64,000 nucleotides of DNA from Lobosporangium transversale (Eukaryota), in assembly GCF_002105155.1 (NCBI RefSeq), contig NW_019028979.1, positions 1,426,001 to 1,490,000 on the forward strand, in the 5' to 3' direction. A program made the position numbers and the translations under genes. Shown here piece by piece: positions 24,894-38,714 of the stretch; the first letter of the stretch is position 1; every line of letters starts with the position of its first letter. The notes beneath the pieces are model-generated. The model saw only the letters and a list, made by a program, of their open reading frames with translations. It did not search any database and was not told the origin of the DNA.

Positions 24894-27821
24894 CTTCTTC
24901 CGACTCAGATATATACCTTAGTTTAATTTAACCATGGGAAAGAATTCTCGAGCTAACTCAGCAAAACCCCTTCACTTTAGACATCCCTCTGACCATGACG
25001 CTGACACCGAGTACGCCTTGCGATCCTTCTGGAGGCCCTCCTATGTCCTTTCCTCCAGCAGAGGAGCTCATTGATCAGGAACAACTCCACCCATATTCAA
25101 CCCCTGCATCTGCTCCCTCTGCTCCCTCTGCTCCCTCTGCTCCATATACATTCCCTCCTCAAAATAGCAGCAGTAACAACAAAACCATCAATAATAATCT
25201 TCACTTAGACAACAGCAATAACACAGCATTAAAGCGTCCTTCAAACAAAAATCCATTCCCTTCTTCGACCATGATCGAAATCGATCGTATCCTTAAACAG
25301 GATGCAGCCATCGAAGGAGATTTTAGACCACCAAGGCAGGCAATGAACAGCGATGAATCCGATTTTGATTGGGATGAAGATATCAACATTGATAACGATG
25401 GTCAGGTTCACAAGCGGAAAAGGCAAAAAGCACGATCCACCTGGCGCAAACTTTCCCCCTTCCTTAGAATGGTCATCTCGATGGTTATTGTGGCCCCCAT
25501 CGTTGCCATTCCCGCGATCCTCACTAGTATCTACTTGACTGTTGTCCCTAAACCAGATTATCCCCCTGCAGGATCCTCTGAGGCCGTTATGCAACAATAC
25601 AATGTCGACATTGGAATTTATGAAAAGGAAAAAGTCCGTAGAGATTCCATCGTTTTAGTCTTCACTTGGCTTGCCTTCATGTGGTGTATCGTCTGTATTA
25701 CTAATTGGGGGGTCGATTTTATCCCTGTGGTCGTTGTCCGTATCACTTCTCTTGTCACCTACAGCCGACTCGAGGCTGTCAAATCAAACCTCTTGATCTT
25801 TGTGGCGACAAAGAAGTATGTCAAATGGTTCATTGCAGCCTGTTGGGGCACGGGCTCATATGTATTCCTATCCAAAGTAGTTTACCCGCTCTTCGGAGAG
25901 CAATCCTGGCAGCCAATTTTAATCAAGATCCTTGCAGCTGTGATCGCAGGTTGTGCACTGGTTCTGATTGAGAAGATCCTACTTCAGATCATCTCCAAGA
26001 ACTTTCATCAGACTGCCTATGCTGACCGTATTAAGGAGAACAAATACGCTCTTCAGGTCTTGGATCGCCTAGGAAACTCAAAGAAGCTCAACAAAAAGCC
26101 CAGACCGGCTCACAGCAGGAACAATACTGCAGATGGAACCGATTATATGACACCCTTTGGTCCCGGAAGTCACTCTCGTCAGCAATCGAGATCACATAGT
26201 TTGGACCCTGGCGAGGCCATGTTGTTAACAGAATCAGGATCGGCAAATAGCACTCCTATCGGCACACCAACTGAATATCCTATTAACAATACCAACGACA
26301 ACAGTCGTAATTCAACTATATTGGCAACATCCCGTCGTTTGCAGCGCGAAAGCAAAGGCGCTAATAAGCATAATGATATCTTTAGAGGCATCAACCGCAG
26401 GCTACATGGAATTGCCTTGGCTGACAGCACCCCATCTAAGGACATCAGCTCAACCGATAATGCTAAACGATTAGCCAGGACACTATTCTACAATTTGCAA
26501 GGCAATGCGGAAGAATTGGTAGTTGAAGATTTCTTCCTTTACTTTGATACAGAGGAGGAGGCGAAAGAAGCCTTCGCAATTTTTGACAAGGACGGCAATG
26601 GTGATATTTCCAAGCGGGAGATCAAAGAAAAAATCTTTTACATATACAAGGAACGCAAAGATTTACATACAGCTCTCCGTGACCTCTCTCAAGCGGTCGG
26701 CAAATTAGACATCATCTTCTTGACTATCGTAACCGTAGTCTGGTTGTTGATCATCTTATCGATCTTTGGCACCAGTGTGGTCCAGAATATGCTCTCGATC
26801 GGCTCCTTCTTAGTGGCTCTCAGCTTTGTCTTTGGTAATTCTCTCAAGACCTTGTTTGAAAATATAGTCTTTTTGTTCATCACGGTAAGTTCTTTTGACT
26901 TTTTATTCAATTGATCATTAATAGAAAAGCAAAGGATGAAGTGAGATGCTAACCGGCACTATTTTATCTTGATTGTATCCTATTGATATTAGCACCCATA
27001 TGACTCTGGTGATTTATGCAATATTGATGGCAATGAAATGTATGTTCGCGAAGTGGGTCTCAACAGTACTATGTTTGTGACTTGGGATGGAAAGCGTATG
27101 TATTATCCCAACAACATTCTCAGTCAGAAACCCATTCATAACGTCCGGCGTTCTCCCAACATGTCTGAGAAAATTGGTAAGAAAGATAATAACAGTAGCA
27201 ATAATTAACAAGTACTTCTTTTTACAACCTTGAAATCGTTATAACTGTCCCGGTTTATTAACTTACTTGCTTCAATATATTTAGTCCTCAACATCGATTG
27301 TTATACACCTCAATCCAAGATCTTGGAGCTTCGAGCTAGGATGCGTGCCTTTTTGGCAAACGAGAGCAAAGAATTCCTGCCTGATATGGAGATTCAGATT
27401 CAAGAAATGGATTCCAAGCTGAAAATCAGTATGGTGATCGAGCACAAGGGTAACTGGCAAGACTCTGGTCGCCGATGGGCACGCAGAACAAAGGTAACAA
27501 TAACGGTAACAAAAAAATCAAAACCAAAAAGCTCGTTATCGGTCCAGGAACTAATTTTCTTTTATTATTATTACATTGTAATCCTTGTGTTTCGCTTTCT
27601 AGTTCAACTTTGCATTGAAGGAGGCTGTAGAGGATATCGGCATCAAGTATTATGCTCTTCCACAGCGTATCGAGGTCATGAATCGTGATCTGATCGACTT
27701 GGACCATGACCATGGCGATCAGACAACCCTGGCCTCCGACTCTTCCACGCGCAATCGATCTCCGGAAGACTTGTCGCGATTGTATCGTAGGAAGATAAAT
27801 AGTCGTCCAATTGGTGATTAA
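24377..27821 (+). CDS. MscS-like mechanosensitive channel with EF-hand (Msy1/Msy2-like)
   Basis: Multiple TM helices, NFHQTAYADRIKENK, EF-hand DKDGNGDISKRE, and FENIVFLFIT/HPYDSGD...IHNVRRSPNM after splicing. Probable extra first exon 24377-24455 spliced in frame to 24981. Confidence 0.88.
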
Positions 27822-28006
27822 ACCAATTAGCATTACCTTCCCCATGTTTATCATTGTCTCATGATCAACATTAGTGTACATATCATAAATATAGATAGAA
27901 AAAAAAAAAATAAAAAAAAGAAATGAAAATGAAAACAATTACTAATATTAATAAGTGAAAATGTAGAGTTTCTAGTCCTTAAATCTAAAGAAAAAAATAT
28001 TTATTA

Positions 28007-28522
28007 TTATGCTTTTCTCCTCTTAGTTCCTGAGCTTCTCAATCCACTTAAAGCTGCTGTGATATCTGAAGATGAAATGGTGGGTTGTGTTGGAGCAGAA
28101 GGAGCGGTTGTAGACATCATGCTTGCGAGTCTAGCCTCCAACTCTTGGCATTTTTGTTGTAGTTCTTGATAGTCCTTTGTGTCCGTCACAGACCCTCCTC
28201 CTATTGATGATGAGGTTCGTGAATTTACAAATATATTACGAACGCTTTCCAAAAGTTGATATTCTTGAGACTGACCCAAAAGATCATTTCGACTATTCCA
28301 ACTCATGTTGTTTGTCTTTGACGACGCAATTATAATCTGGGGATCGTCCGCAATTGAGCTGTTGGCACTGACTTCAGGTCCTCCTTCACCAATACGGGGC
28401 TGTGGGATACGCTTGAATGCCGTGACAGGTGAAATCTTTGGTTTCTCTGTCAAAGTTGTATTGGAGTACAGATCTGCAGGTTGGAGAAGCGTGTGGATCG
28501 ATGAAATGGCACCTGAGGTGTG

Positions 28523-28556
<34 letters not shown>

Positions 28557-29881
28557 ATGAGAATCGCAATATAATAAAAAGCCTTTTTTTTTTTTTTTTT
28601 TTTCTTTTCTTTCGTTGCAATACCTTTGTGTTGTTTGATATCTCGGACCATCTGTCGACTAGCAACGTCCCAAACCATCAAATGGCCCTTTGAGTCTCCA
28701 CTGACCAACGCGGATCCATCAAAGTTCAAGGCTAGTCTAAGAATTGGGTGATGATGTCCTCTAAAGATCAAATCTGCGCTCTTGCTACCATTCCTCTTGG
28801 ATCCCCCCAATCCAATCTGTTCTAAGCCCGAATCACCGTCCACAGATTCAATTGTTGTGTACCCCTGTTGGGTATGTTTCGCTCTATATAACATCGCCTG
28901 ATAAATCAAGTAATCCGCCTCGTTAGCTGTTGATGATGTAGATGCTGGTGTGCCTGATGCAGCCAAGAAATATCTCTCTGCAGGGTCAAACGCAATCGCC
29001 AGAATCTTTGTTGGGAACAAAAATGTTGTCAACAGTGCTCCTGTCGACAAATCCCAGAGTTTACAAGTATGGTCCAATGAAGATGTCACAACACGAGCAC
29101 CATGAAACCGACCCACACCACATTGGATATCAGTGATAGGAAGTGTGTGGTCCGTCCATGAATAATATGGGGCTGGTGATTCTGTTTGTGAGTCGTCCAG
29201 AATAGTATTCATCATCCACACATGAACCACTGCATCTTCACTTCCTGAAAACAAGACCGTGTCATCAGCTGAAAACCGTAGAACAGTGATTTTCCTGTAA
29301 TGGGCGTCAAAAGTGCGATGAAGAATTCCTGTTGCAATCTTGCAAAATCAAAAATATGTGGAATTAGCTTGGCTTAGGCGCGCAATCTTCTTATAACTAA
29401 ATCGTAAGGTCATATTATTTTTCTGCCTTTTACCTCCCAGATATGGATACGACCACTTTCTGTTCCTCCAGCACAATAAGTACCACGATTAGACGCTGCT
29501 AGACAAACTAATTTATCCGGCAAAGGAAATTTCATATAAACTTGATCCTAGCATTTAACAATATGTTTTACAAGTTAATCTCCTGCCTTTTTCCAGATCT
29601 AGTCAATTTATAAATCCTGGGGCAAAGTGGATGGTATCTTCGTATAATAATCCTTCGAGCTTCACCTTCTGAAAATTATAGACATGCATTATTCCTTTGT
29701 CAGCTTGAGCACTAAGAAAGACTGAGCCAAGATTGCGAGGGTTGTTGACAAGAGCAAGGGACTGTAGTGGTGTAATGTTCTGTTTGAATGAACCCAGAAC
29801 TGACCCTGTATGTAGGTTCCAGAGATAGACTGTTCCATCAGCGGCATCGGATGAGGATGTTAATGCAAGCTCAACAAACAT
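28007..29881 (-). CDS. IPI3: Pre-rRNA-processing WD40 protein Ipi3/WDR18 (Rix1 complex)
   Basis: MFVELALTSS, WNLHTG, FDAHYRKITVLRFS...FSGSEDAVVHVW, WTDHTLPITDI.CG.G, C-terminal coiled coil. Three introns. Confidence 0.85.
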
Positions 29882-30060
29882 GATGCAGTAGAGATGTTGT
29901 TTGATATTATCTGTTCGTTTGCTCAAGTTTCAAAAAAAAAAAAAAAAAAAAAAAAAAATAGTGACTTGCTAAAACAGATCAGACTGAAAACGGCACTGCT
30001 CTATTCATAATGCTTCAATAACATACAGGCTATACATATCATACAAGTAAACTAAGATGT

Positions 30061-33000
30061 CTACAACTTGTTTGCAGTCAACCATTCAGAAAGGCTCTCC
30101 TGTTCTCGCGACACCCATGCAGAGTTGACGTTCAATCCCTCGATGGCTTGGTCCAGTGCACGCTGGAAGTCTTTGGTATCCTTGTCCGCAAAGAACTCAG
30201 TCACCTCCTTTACCAACGCACTGTCTGAAACCTGAGCCAAGGGATACTTAACGCACATACCCAACAGGCCCATCGAAGACTTATAACGCTCCTGCAGCAC
30301 AGGCCAATTGTTCTTGACAAATTCCCAAGTAGGCAAGCGAGCCTTAGGGTTAGTAGCCAGTCCAATCAAAACATAAAGAATGTCTTGAGAGCGGACAGCT
30401 CCTGAAATGGCCAACTGCTGAACCTCGGCGATCAGGTCAAGTTGCTGGACGTGACCGAGCGCCAAAAGAGCAACAACCTGCTGATCCTGCTTGGGAGCAT
30501 CATGGAAGTACTTGAGGACATGACGGAACTCTTGTTCGCCACCGTTGCTTAACACGATCTCAAAGACAGTCTGACGAACCGAAGGGTGGAGAATGGAATC
30601 CTGGCTGGGATCAGAAACAAAGATGGCGAAGCGACGTTTAGCCTCTGCAACAGTAGCCTCGTGGCCAGCACGACCAGCAGTGCGAAGGATCACGTTACGG
30701 AGACGGCTCGTAAGGTAGTCCTCCCCCTCAGGGAACTCCCATCCAAGTTTGTTGACCATGTTGTCAATCAAATTGCGCTGGAAGTGGCGGATGCCCTGGT
30801 AAACGCGCTCATTGTCTGCAAAGATGGCTCCAATCTCACTTACACGTTGTGCAAGGAGCTCCCAGACGACATATGTCTTCTCATTCTTGTAGTATTGAAC
30901 CAAGTCCAAAAAGTTCTTGGTGGCAGTGTGACCAGACTTGGCCAAAGATGAGATGTCAGCAATGAGACCAGCACGATCGCTCAATGATACAAGGTCCGAG
31001 CCCTCTAGGATGGCCTTTCCGATACGGGAAATGGCGCTTGGAGGATAATTAGTGCGGAACACACCATTGTAATCCTTGTTGAACAGATAAGGGCCCTCAG
31101 GGACTTCAAACTTCAGCGTACGAGTCTTGAGAGTCTGATTGGGGTCAGTGATCGAGGCAGGCTTAGGATGGACACCCAAAGGAACCCACCAGATAGTCTC
31201 ATCATCCTCAGCCTTGACATCATTGGTAGATAGATAGCGGTGCTGCTCTACAGTAATAATACCAGCTTCCTCTGTAATATTCAAAACAGGGAGACCAATG
31301 ACGCGAGTCCAGGTATTCATAAACTCTTTGACATCAACTTTGGACTCTTCTGAAAGAGCGTTCCAGAGATCGTCCGTAGTAGCGTTCTTATATTCGTGCT
31401 TCTTGAGATATCGGCGGATTCCAGCCAGAAAGACATCAACTGTCAACCAGTTGCTCAACATGCGAATGACAGAGGCACCTTTGGAGTAGGAGATGGCATC
31501 AAAGATCTGGTGAATCTCATGAGGGTCGTTGACAGGGACCTCAATAGGATGGGAACTGCGAAGTGAGTCCAAAGAAATACCACGTTGAACATCGGAGACA
31601 ATGAAAGTAGGCCAAGTATCCCATTTGGGGAAGAGATGATCAACAGCCAAAGTTCCAACCCAGGTGGCAAATCCTTCATTCAGCCAAAGATGATCCCACC
31701 ACTCCATCGTAACCAAGTTTCCGAACCACTGATGAGCGAGCTCATGAGCAACAGTGGATGCGACTTGCTCTTTGAAACGCAAATCAGAGGTCTTTTCATC
31801 AAAGAGAAGAGCAACAGTACGGTAAGTGACAAGACCCCAATTCTCCATAGCACCCATGTCAAAATCAGGAACAGCAATTTGGTCCAGCTTGGGCAGAGGA
31901 TAAGCAGTTCCAAAGATTTCGGAGAAATACTCGAGGATTCTTGGCGTAATTTCGACAGCGAAACGACCTTGTTCCTTCAATCCCGGGAGGGTGTAGACAC
32001 GGCAAGTAACAGGGTTTTTGAGCTTGGTGGTGGTGGACTCGACATACTCAAAATCACCTACAGCCCAAGCAACGAGCTAAGTAATCACAAGAAGTTATTT
32101 TTAGTAATGTTACTCTAGCATCATACAACAATGCATTCCAGAAATCAATAGTGATGATAATTTACATAAGTAGACATAATGGGGGTCTTCTCAAAGTGGA
32201 CTGTCTTTTCTTCGGGCTCGACTTGTGTGATGGATTCAACGGGCATATTAGAGAGAGCCTCGAGCTCAACGGGGACAACAAGCTTAATCGAGAAGGTAGC
32301 TTTGACAGAGGGCTCATCCCAGCAAGGGAAGGCACGACGGGCTTCAGTAGCCTCGAATTGGGTGACACCCATAACCTTAGAGTTACCCTCTGTATCTTTA
32401 TAAGTTGAGCGATAGAAACCAGCCATCTTATCATTAAGAATCCCATCATAGTAGATACTAAGGAGAGCAGAACCTTTAGGAAGCTCTGATTCGAAAGTGA
32501 ATGTAGTAGTCTCACGATGCTCATCAAAAGTCGTTTCAACAGCTTCATGGCTAACGGATCAAAAAAAAAAAAAAAAAAAAAAAAAAAAACATGTTAAGTA
32601 TAGTTCTAATAGTATGCGCTAAATGTATTAGGCGTGAATTATCACTTTTATTGCTCGGCAAGCCTCATGAAAGCCCAAAAGTCTTACGTTTTATCATCAA
32701 TTTCGACACGGCCCCATTTAATCGTCAGTTCCTTGGTGTTGATCTGGATGGTTTTGGTAGCCTCATGAATGTTAATGCTATGTTATGATAAGGAAGAAAA
32801 ATAAAAAAAAGAACATCAATATTTGTCTTATTCATTAGCACGATCCTCCTGAAATTTCATTCCCAATTGTTGAGGTCCAAGAGAAGGGACACAAAAAACT
32901 GCGCCAATGAATCAATCCTTTCTTCTTTTTAATCCCTTCCACGACTTGTATTTAAAATATTTATCAAGAGCAATTCCAACCGAGCAAAAAAAAAAAAAAA

Positions 33001-33248
33001 AAAAAAACAGGCTCCTATTGTGGTTCCCACGGTGTGTGTGCCTGTGTGTTATTTGTCTGTCCCTATCCCTATCCATATATCCAGTTCCTGTTTCATTTGA
33101 AAATGTAGGTCTATTGCATTTACTTGATCTCGACATATCCTCGGAAAGTGAACTCCTTGAGGTCTGGAGTGACGGTCAGGGTATAATGTGAGGGTGTGAC
33201 GTGAGTGGGCAGGACTACACGGTTGGAATTGCCATGCTTGTTGCACAT
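30061..33248 (-). CDS. M1 family zinc aminopeptidase (Ape2/puromycin-sensitive type), copy 1
   Basis: RVVLP...HY N-terminus, TQFEATEARRAFPCWDEP, GAMENWGL, HELAHQWFGNLVTMEWW...LNEGFA, ERAP1-like C-terminus. Several introns. Confidence 0.93.
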
Positions 33249-34430
33249 GATGTATGAAATGAGTCGACTAGGGATGAGTTAAAATGAATGTGTGTGAGAG
33301 TGAGAGTGAGAGAAAAAGAAAGAAAGAAAGGAGGATAGAGAGCTAATTGTAAGATGTCTTTAGTTTTATACCTTTTTTCTCATGGGAACACGCACTTCTT
33401 CTGGGTTGACAATCCCGCCATTTCTGGTACAATTGTTCATTTGACTTTACACAAACACAAACAAATCATTGATATTATATGTATAATATTGATAATAACT
33501 AAAGAAAAACGAGGGTTACCCGCGCACAACATGCACTTCTCGCCCTCTTGATTTTTTCATCTCGTCTACTTTACTTGCCATGATATCAAATATCGTTTGC
33601 TCAAACAGGTCTAAGCAATTGGGCAAGGTTGTAAAAAATATATTGCACAACTCCCTGTGGCATCAAATCGTACCTTACTTTGCTTGCAAATCAAAAACAG
33701 TTCAATTGCTTACATGTCCTTTTTTGTACCCCTTTTTCTCATTTACGGACAAATCGGTGGCATTACCATGCGCTGTGATCTTGTGTTGTCTTCGCCATTT
33801 TTACTCCAGTTATCTTCGCCTTGAGCCTTTTGATATTTGCTCCGCGGTATATTCCCAGCTTATCAACGTCGAACTGAGTTGATGGATTCTTACCCACGTT
33901 TGACCCTAGGTCCTTTAATCCATTAGAGTTTATGAAGTGCACGTCATATTAATAGACACTGAACTGCACTAAAGCGCCCAATATCATGTATTTCTATTTT
34001 CCTATTCGTATGCATCAAACCCATGTATATATATTATGAGTATTGTTTTTCCTCCCACCCCACACTTTTTTTTTGATGTTGGAAAAGTGAGCTGTGTACA
34101 CAACATTTCTTGTACACTCGCCTCAAGGAGAGTGCTCATCCAATCACAGCATTCATAACCGTGTGAACGCCATTCACCCCTAAAAAGGGAACCATCTTGA
34201 ATTGATATGCAGAAAGAGGATGAGTTTCATGACCAATGCGCACACACAAAATAAAAATTAAACAAACACGCATAAGAAGCCATTATGGTCAGAAATTATA
34301 TACTTTGTCAGAAGCTATTCATGCCAAGCCTGTCTAGCCCTTCATTCTTTGCTGTTTATTTCCTTATTTATTTTCGGCTCGTCATTCTTTCTTGCTTTAC
34401 TATATCGCTGTCTGTTTATTTCCTATTTCA

Positions 34431-37400
34431 TCAGTAGCCCTGAGCAACAAGCCAAGATTCGAGAGCAGCCCCATCCCTTGCAACCCATTTACTGCGGATA
34501 CGAAGCCCCTCTTTGGCCTGTTCTAGATCTCGCTCAAAGTCTCTGGTATCTTTATCTTTGAAGAATTCCTCCAAATCCGTCAAAAGCGATGGATCCGCCA
34601 TCTTATTAATAGGGATCTTGACACAGAAGCCTAACATACCCATGTTTCCTGTATAGCGCTCCTGCAGCGTCGCCCAGTTACCCTTGATCCACTCCCAAGC
34701 TGATAAGCGTGCCTGGATGTTCATTGACAATCCTGCAAGAACATACATGAAATCCTGTGCTCTCACTTCCTCCGATAAAGCAAATTTAAACATTCGTTCA
34801 ATCTGCTCTTTACCATGGACAGCTGTTCCCAGTGCGGCCAAACACAATGACTGTTGATCTTGCTTGGGTGTGGTTCTGAAGTATTGCAGAACTTGGTCAA
34901 ATTCCTTGACCACGCCATGAGCAATGGCAATTTCAAATGTTGTCCTACGCGTTGATGGATGTAAGACCTTGTCTTGATCCGCACCATCCTCCATAAACAA
35001 CTTGAATCGGCGTAATGCCTCCTTCACTGTCGGCTCATGACCTGATCGTCCCGCGCTAGAGATGATGGCCCCGCGTAGACGGCTGGTCAGGTAATCTTCA
35101 CCTTCAGGGAATTCCCAGCCAAGCTCATGAGCAAGATCATTGACCAACTTGCGTTGAAAATGCTTAATCGCATTGTGCGTACGTTCATTGATGCTGAAAA
35201 CTTGAGCAATGTGATCGAGCTTGCTGAGCAATAGGTCCCATACACTATCTCCACAAGAACAATTATTCAAAAGAAAGAAATTAGTTTTTTTTTTTTTTTT
35301 TTCATCTACAGATCCATGTGCATGACAAGGTGAATAACAGAAATATACATACACAAAGGATCTCTCATTCTTGTAATATTGGATCAAATCAAAGAGACGA
35401 TCCACACCGCTGTGTCCAGATGTAGCCAAACTGGACTGATCAGCCAAAAGCCCTGCGCGCTCAGCCACTCCCAGAGCTGGATTACCTTCCAGGATAGCAT
35501 GACCGAGTTGGCGGATAGCATTCGCCGGGTAGTTGGTACGGAAAACACCTGTAAAGTTTTTGTTAATCAGATAAAAGTTGGCTCCACCTTTGGCTTTGGA
35601 TACCTCGAATTTGAGTTCGCGCGTTTTCAATGTCTGGTTATGGTCTGTGATGGAAGCGGGTTTTGGATGGACACCCAGAGGGACCCACCAAATGGTCTTG
35701 TCTTCCTCTTCAGTGACGTCATTAGTCGACAAGAAGCGATGCTGTTCTACAGTGACAACGCCTTCATCCTCAGTAACGTTCAAGATTGGGATACCAATGA
35801 CGCGAGTCCAGGTATTCATAAACTCTTTGACATCGACCTTGGACTCCTCAGAAAGTGCGTTCCAGAGATCATCCGTTGAAGCATTCTTGTACTCATGCTT
35901 CTTGAGATATCGGCGGATTCCAGCCAGAAAGACATCAACTGTCAACCAGTTACTCAACATACGAATGACGGCGGCACCTTTGGAGTAAGATATAGCGTCA
36001 AAGATCTGATGGATCTCGTGTGGATCAGAAACTGGGACTTCAATAGGATGTGAGCTACGCAGAGAGTCCAAGCTGAGTCCCTGCTGGTACTCATTCACGA
36101 TAAAGTTGGACCAGGTATCCCAGCTGGGGAATAAGTGGTCGACTGCAAGGGTGCCAACCCAAGTAGCAAACCCTTCATTTAACCAAAGATGCTCCCACCA
36201 CTCCATCGTCACTAGGTTTCCAAACCATTGGTGGGCAATCTCGTGAGCAACCGTGTATGCAACCTGCTCCTTATTAGCTGCATCTGAAGTCTTCTCATCA
36301 TAAAGCAGAGCCACAGTACGATACGTGATCAACCCCCAGTTCTCCATTGCACCGGCATCAAAATCGGGAACGGCAATATGGTCAAGCTTGGGGAGAGGGT
36401 AGGCACTACCAAAAATTTCAGTAAAGTACTCCAAAATCTTGGGCGTAATTTCAAGCGCAAATCGACCTTGCTCTTTCAGTCCTGGGAGTGTATAAACACG
36501 GCATGTAATTGGCTTCTCAAGCTTGGTAGTCGTTGTCTCAATATACTCAAAGTCGCCAACAGCGAACGCCACCAGCTATGGTAATCAAAAACGAACAATT
36601 GTCAGATCATGTGAAATAAATGTAGCCACCAGAAAGTAAACAAAAGGGATGAAGAACCATTTTAAACTAGAAATATTTGTTTTCCCATTCATTCAAGGAA
36701 AGTTCCATGTGATGTGCATGAACCCAAACATGGCCGAGAACGAACCATACCACAAGGTAAAGATACAAGCAAGTAGGCAATCCAAACGGATAGCCCACTA
36801 GAAGAATTCTCCGAGGCGCACCCAAACAAGAGTCTCATATCCAGGCCGAGGCCATTACAACTCTCCCCTACGGTGTAGACGAGTCCTTGAGAGTTCTGTT
36901 TCTCTTTTGTATTTTTTAAAAAAAAAAAGACGGCGTCGTTCCCTGTATATCGCATCTCCTTTTTTCCTTGTGTTACAGATGTATTGCATGATTTTTTTAA
37001 CGACAATAATACACACAACCAAGAGTTCATCGCCACATCCTTTAATGATTAGGATCGAAATAAAGCAGGGGTGCTGCTCCAATTCGAATGGGATATGTAA
37101 AAAACTTACATAGGTTGACATGACAGGTGTCTTTTCAAAATACACGGTCTTGACCGCTGGATCTACAGATGTCATTTCCTTGATGGGCATATTAGAAAGA
37201 GCCTCTAGCTCCCAAGGAACCACAAGCGCCACTGAGAAGGTTGCTTTGACGGCAGGTTCATCCCAACAGGGGAATGCTTGACGAGCATCACAAGCCTCAA
37301 ACTGAGTAACAACCATATACTTGGTCTGGCCTTGAGCATCTTTATACTGAGATCTATAGAATCCATTCATCCGGTCATTGTGCTCTCCTTCAAACTCGAT

Positions 37401-37867
37401 TTGAAGAACGGCCTTTCCTTTGGGAATTGGTTGTGCAAAAGTAAAAGTTGCCACTTGATCGATCTCTGTTAACTTGATTTCTATTGCCTTATGGCTTTTT
37501 TAAAGATACAAAATTAATCGAGCTGACTTTTTTTTTTTTTTTTTTTTTGAATGACAATTAAAAAAAAAAAAACTTACTTCTCCTCACCCACAATGACATT
37601 GACCTTATTGATGGCTAATTTCTTGGCATTGACCTTGATTTCAGATGTTGGTTCATGAACATTCACACTATATTTTGCAGAAAATTGATGCGTGAGAAAA
37701 AAAAAAATAACAAAAAAAAAAAGTCCAGTATTTCAATTCTTTAATGCCTGTTCTTACTTGATGGAAACCTCGCCCTGGAAAATGAACGTGGTAAGGTTGG
37801 GCCACAACTTAATGTTATAGTGCTCAGGAGCAACATTCTTAGGGAGGACAACGCGTTCTGGTGTCAT
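34431..37867 (-). CDS. M1 family zinc aminopeptidase, tandem paralog (copy 2)
   Basis: MTPERVVLPKNV, TQFEACDARQAFPCWDEP, GAMEN, HEIAHQWFG...NEGFA intact. Shares intron positions with copy 1 and has an extra intron near 35247-35354. Confidence 0.93.
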
Positions 37868-38188
37868 ATTGAAACGTTGAAATAGTAATAATGAAATAGA
37901 CGAAGAGAGAGTCGAGGAGGGAAGGGGAAAGGTGAAAAGGAGGGAAGTGAAAATCAAGAGCAATCGTTGCTTTAAAAGGTTTTTGACTGCGTAAATGCGC
38001 ACTAACTAATCTGTCTTTGATGCTAGGTACAGTTTGACAATTACCTTAGCGTTGTTCACTTGCTGACAATGTGTCACGTAAAAAAGACTTTGGCCATTTA
38101 ATACATATTTTTAATTCTAATCACAATTGACAATATGTTCTTCGTCTTGACCCTTTCTACAAGCTTATACGTCTATATAACTACACAT

Positions 38189-38675
38189 CTAAACAATATG
38201 TGCTGCTCGTTCATTCTGACCGGCTTCTTCTTCTTCTTCTTCTTCTTCTTTTTTCTGGACCTTCAACTTTTGCTGCTCTTCTTGAAACCTTTTTGAAGGC
38301 TTCTGAGGGATGATATCTAGGGTCCCTCTCTTGGGTGCAGGAGGCAGGAATGCTACCTGTGGTCGATATGCTGCTGAACTCGTCAAGGTACTCTTCTGAA
38401 ATTCCTTCGGCAAAAAGTACATGATGACTGTACGGACCAGCTTCGAGAACCATGTCTGACCATAGAGCAACCTTCCCGATACATTCGAGTTGCGGACCTG
38501 CTCCTTCGCATGCACAAAGCGCTGGTCTTTGTAGTCTTGGAGAGCCGCCTCGATGTCCTCCTGTGACGTACTGGATCCGAGTTCATAAATGCAGTTGGCA
38601 ACTACCACAGCGTCCTGCATCGCATTGATTGCACCTAATGTCAAGATTCACGTACAAGTTAAAAAAGGCGACTGT

Positions 38676-38714
<39 letters not shown>

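Noticed and set aside
30061..30075. C-terminal NKL on aminopeptidase copy 1 as a peroxisomal signal
   Set aside because: Non-canonical PTS1 with no supporting basic context; too weak to call.
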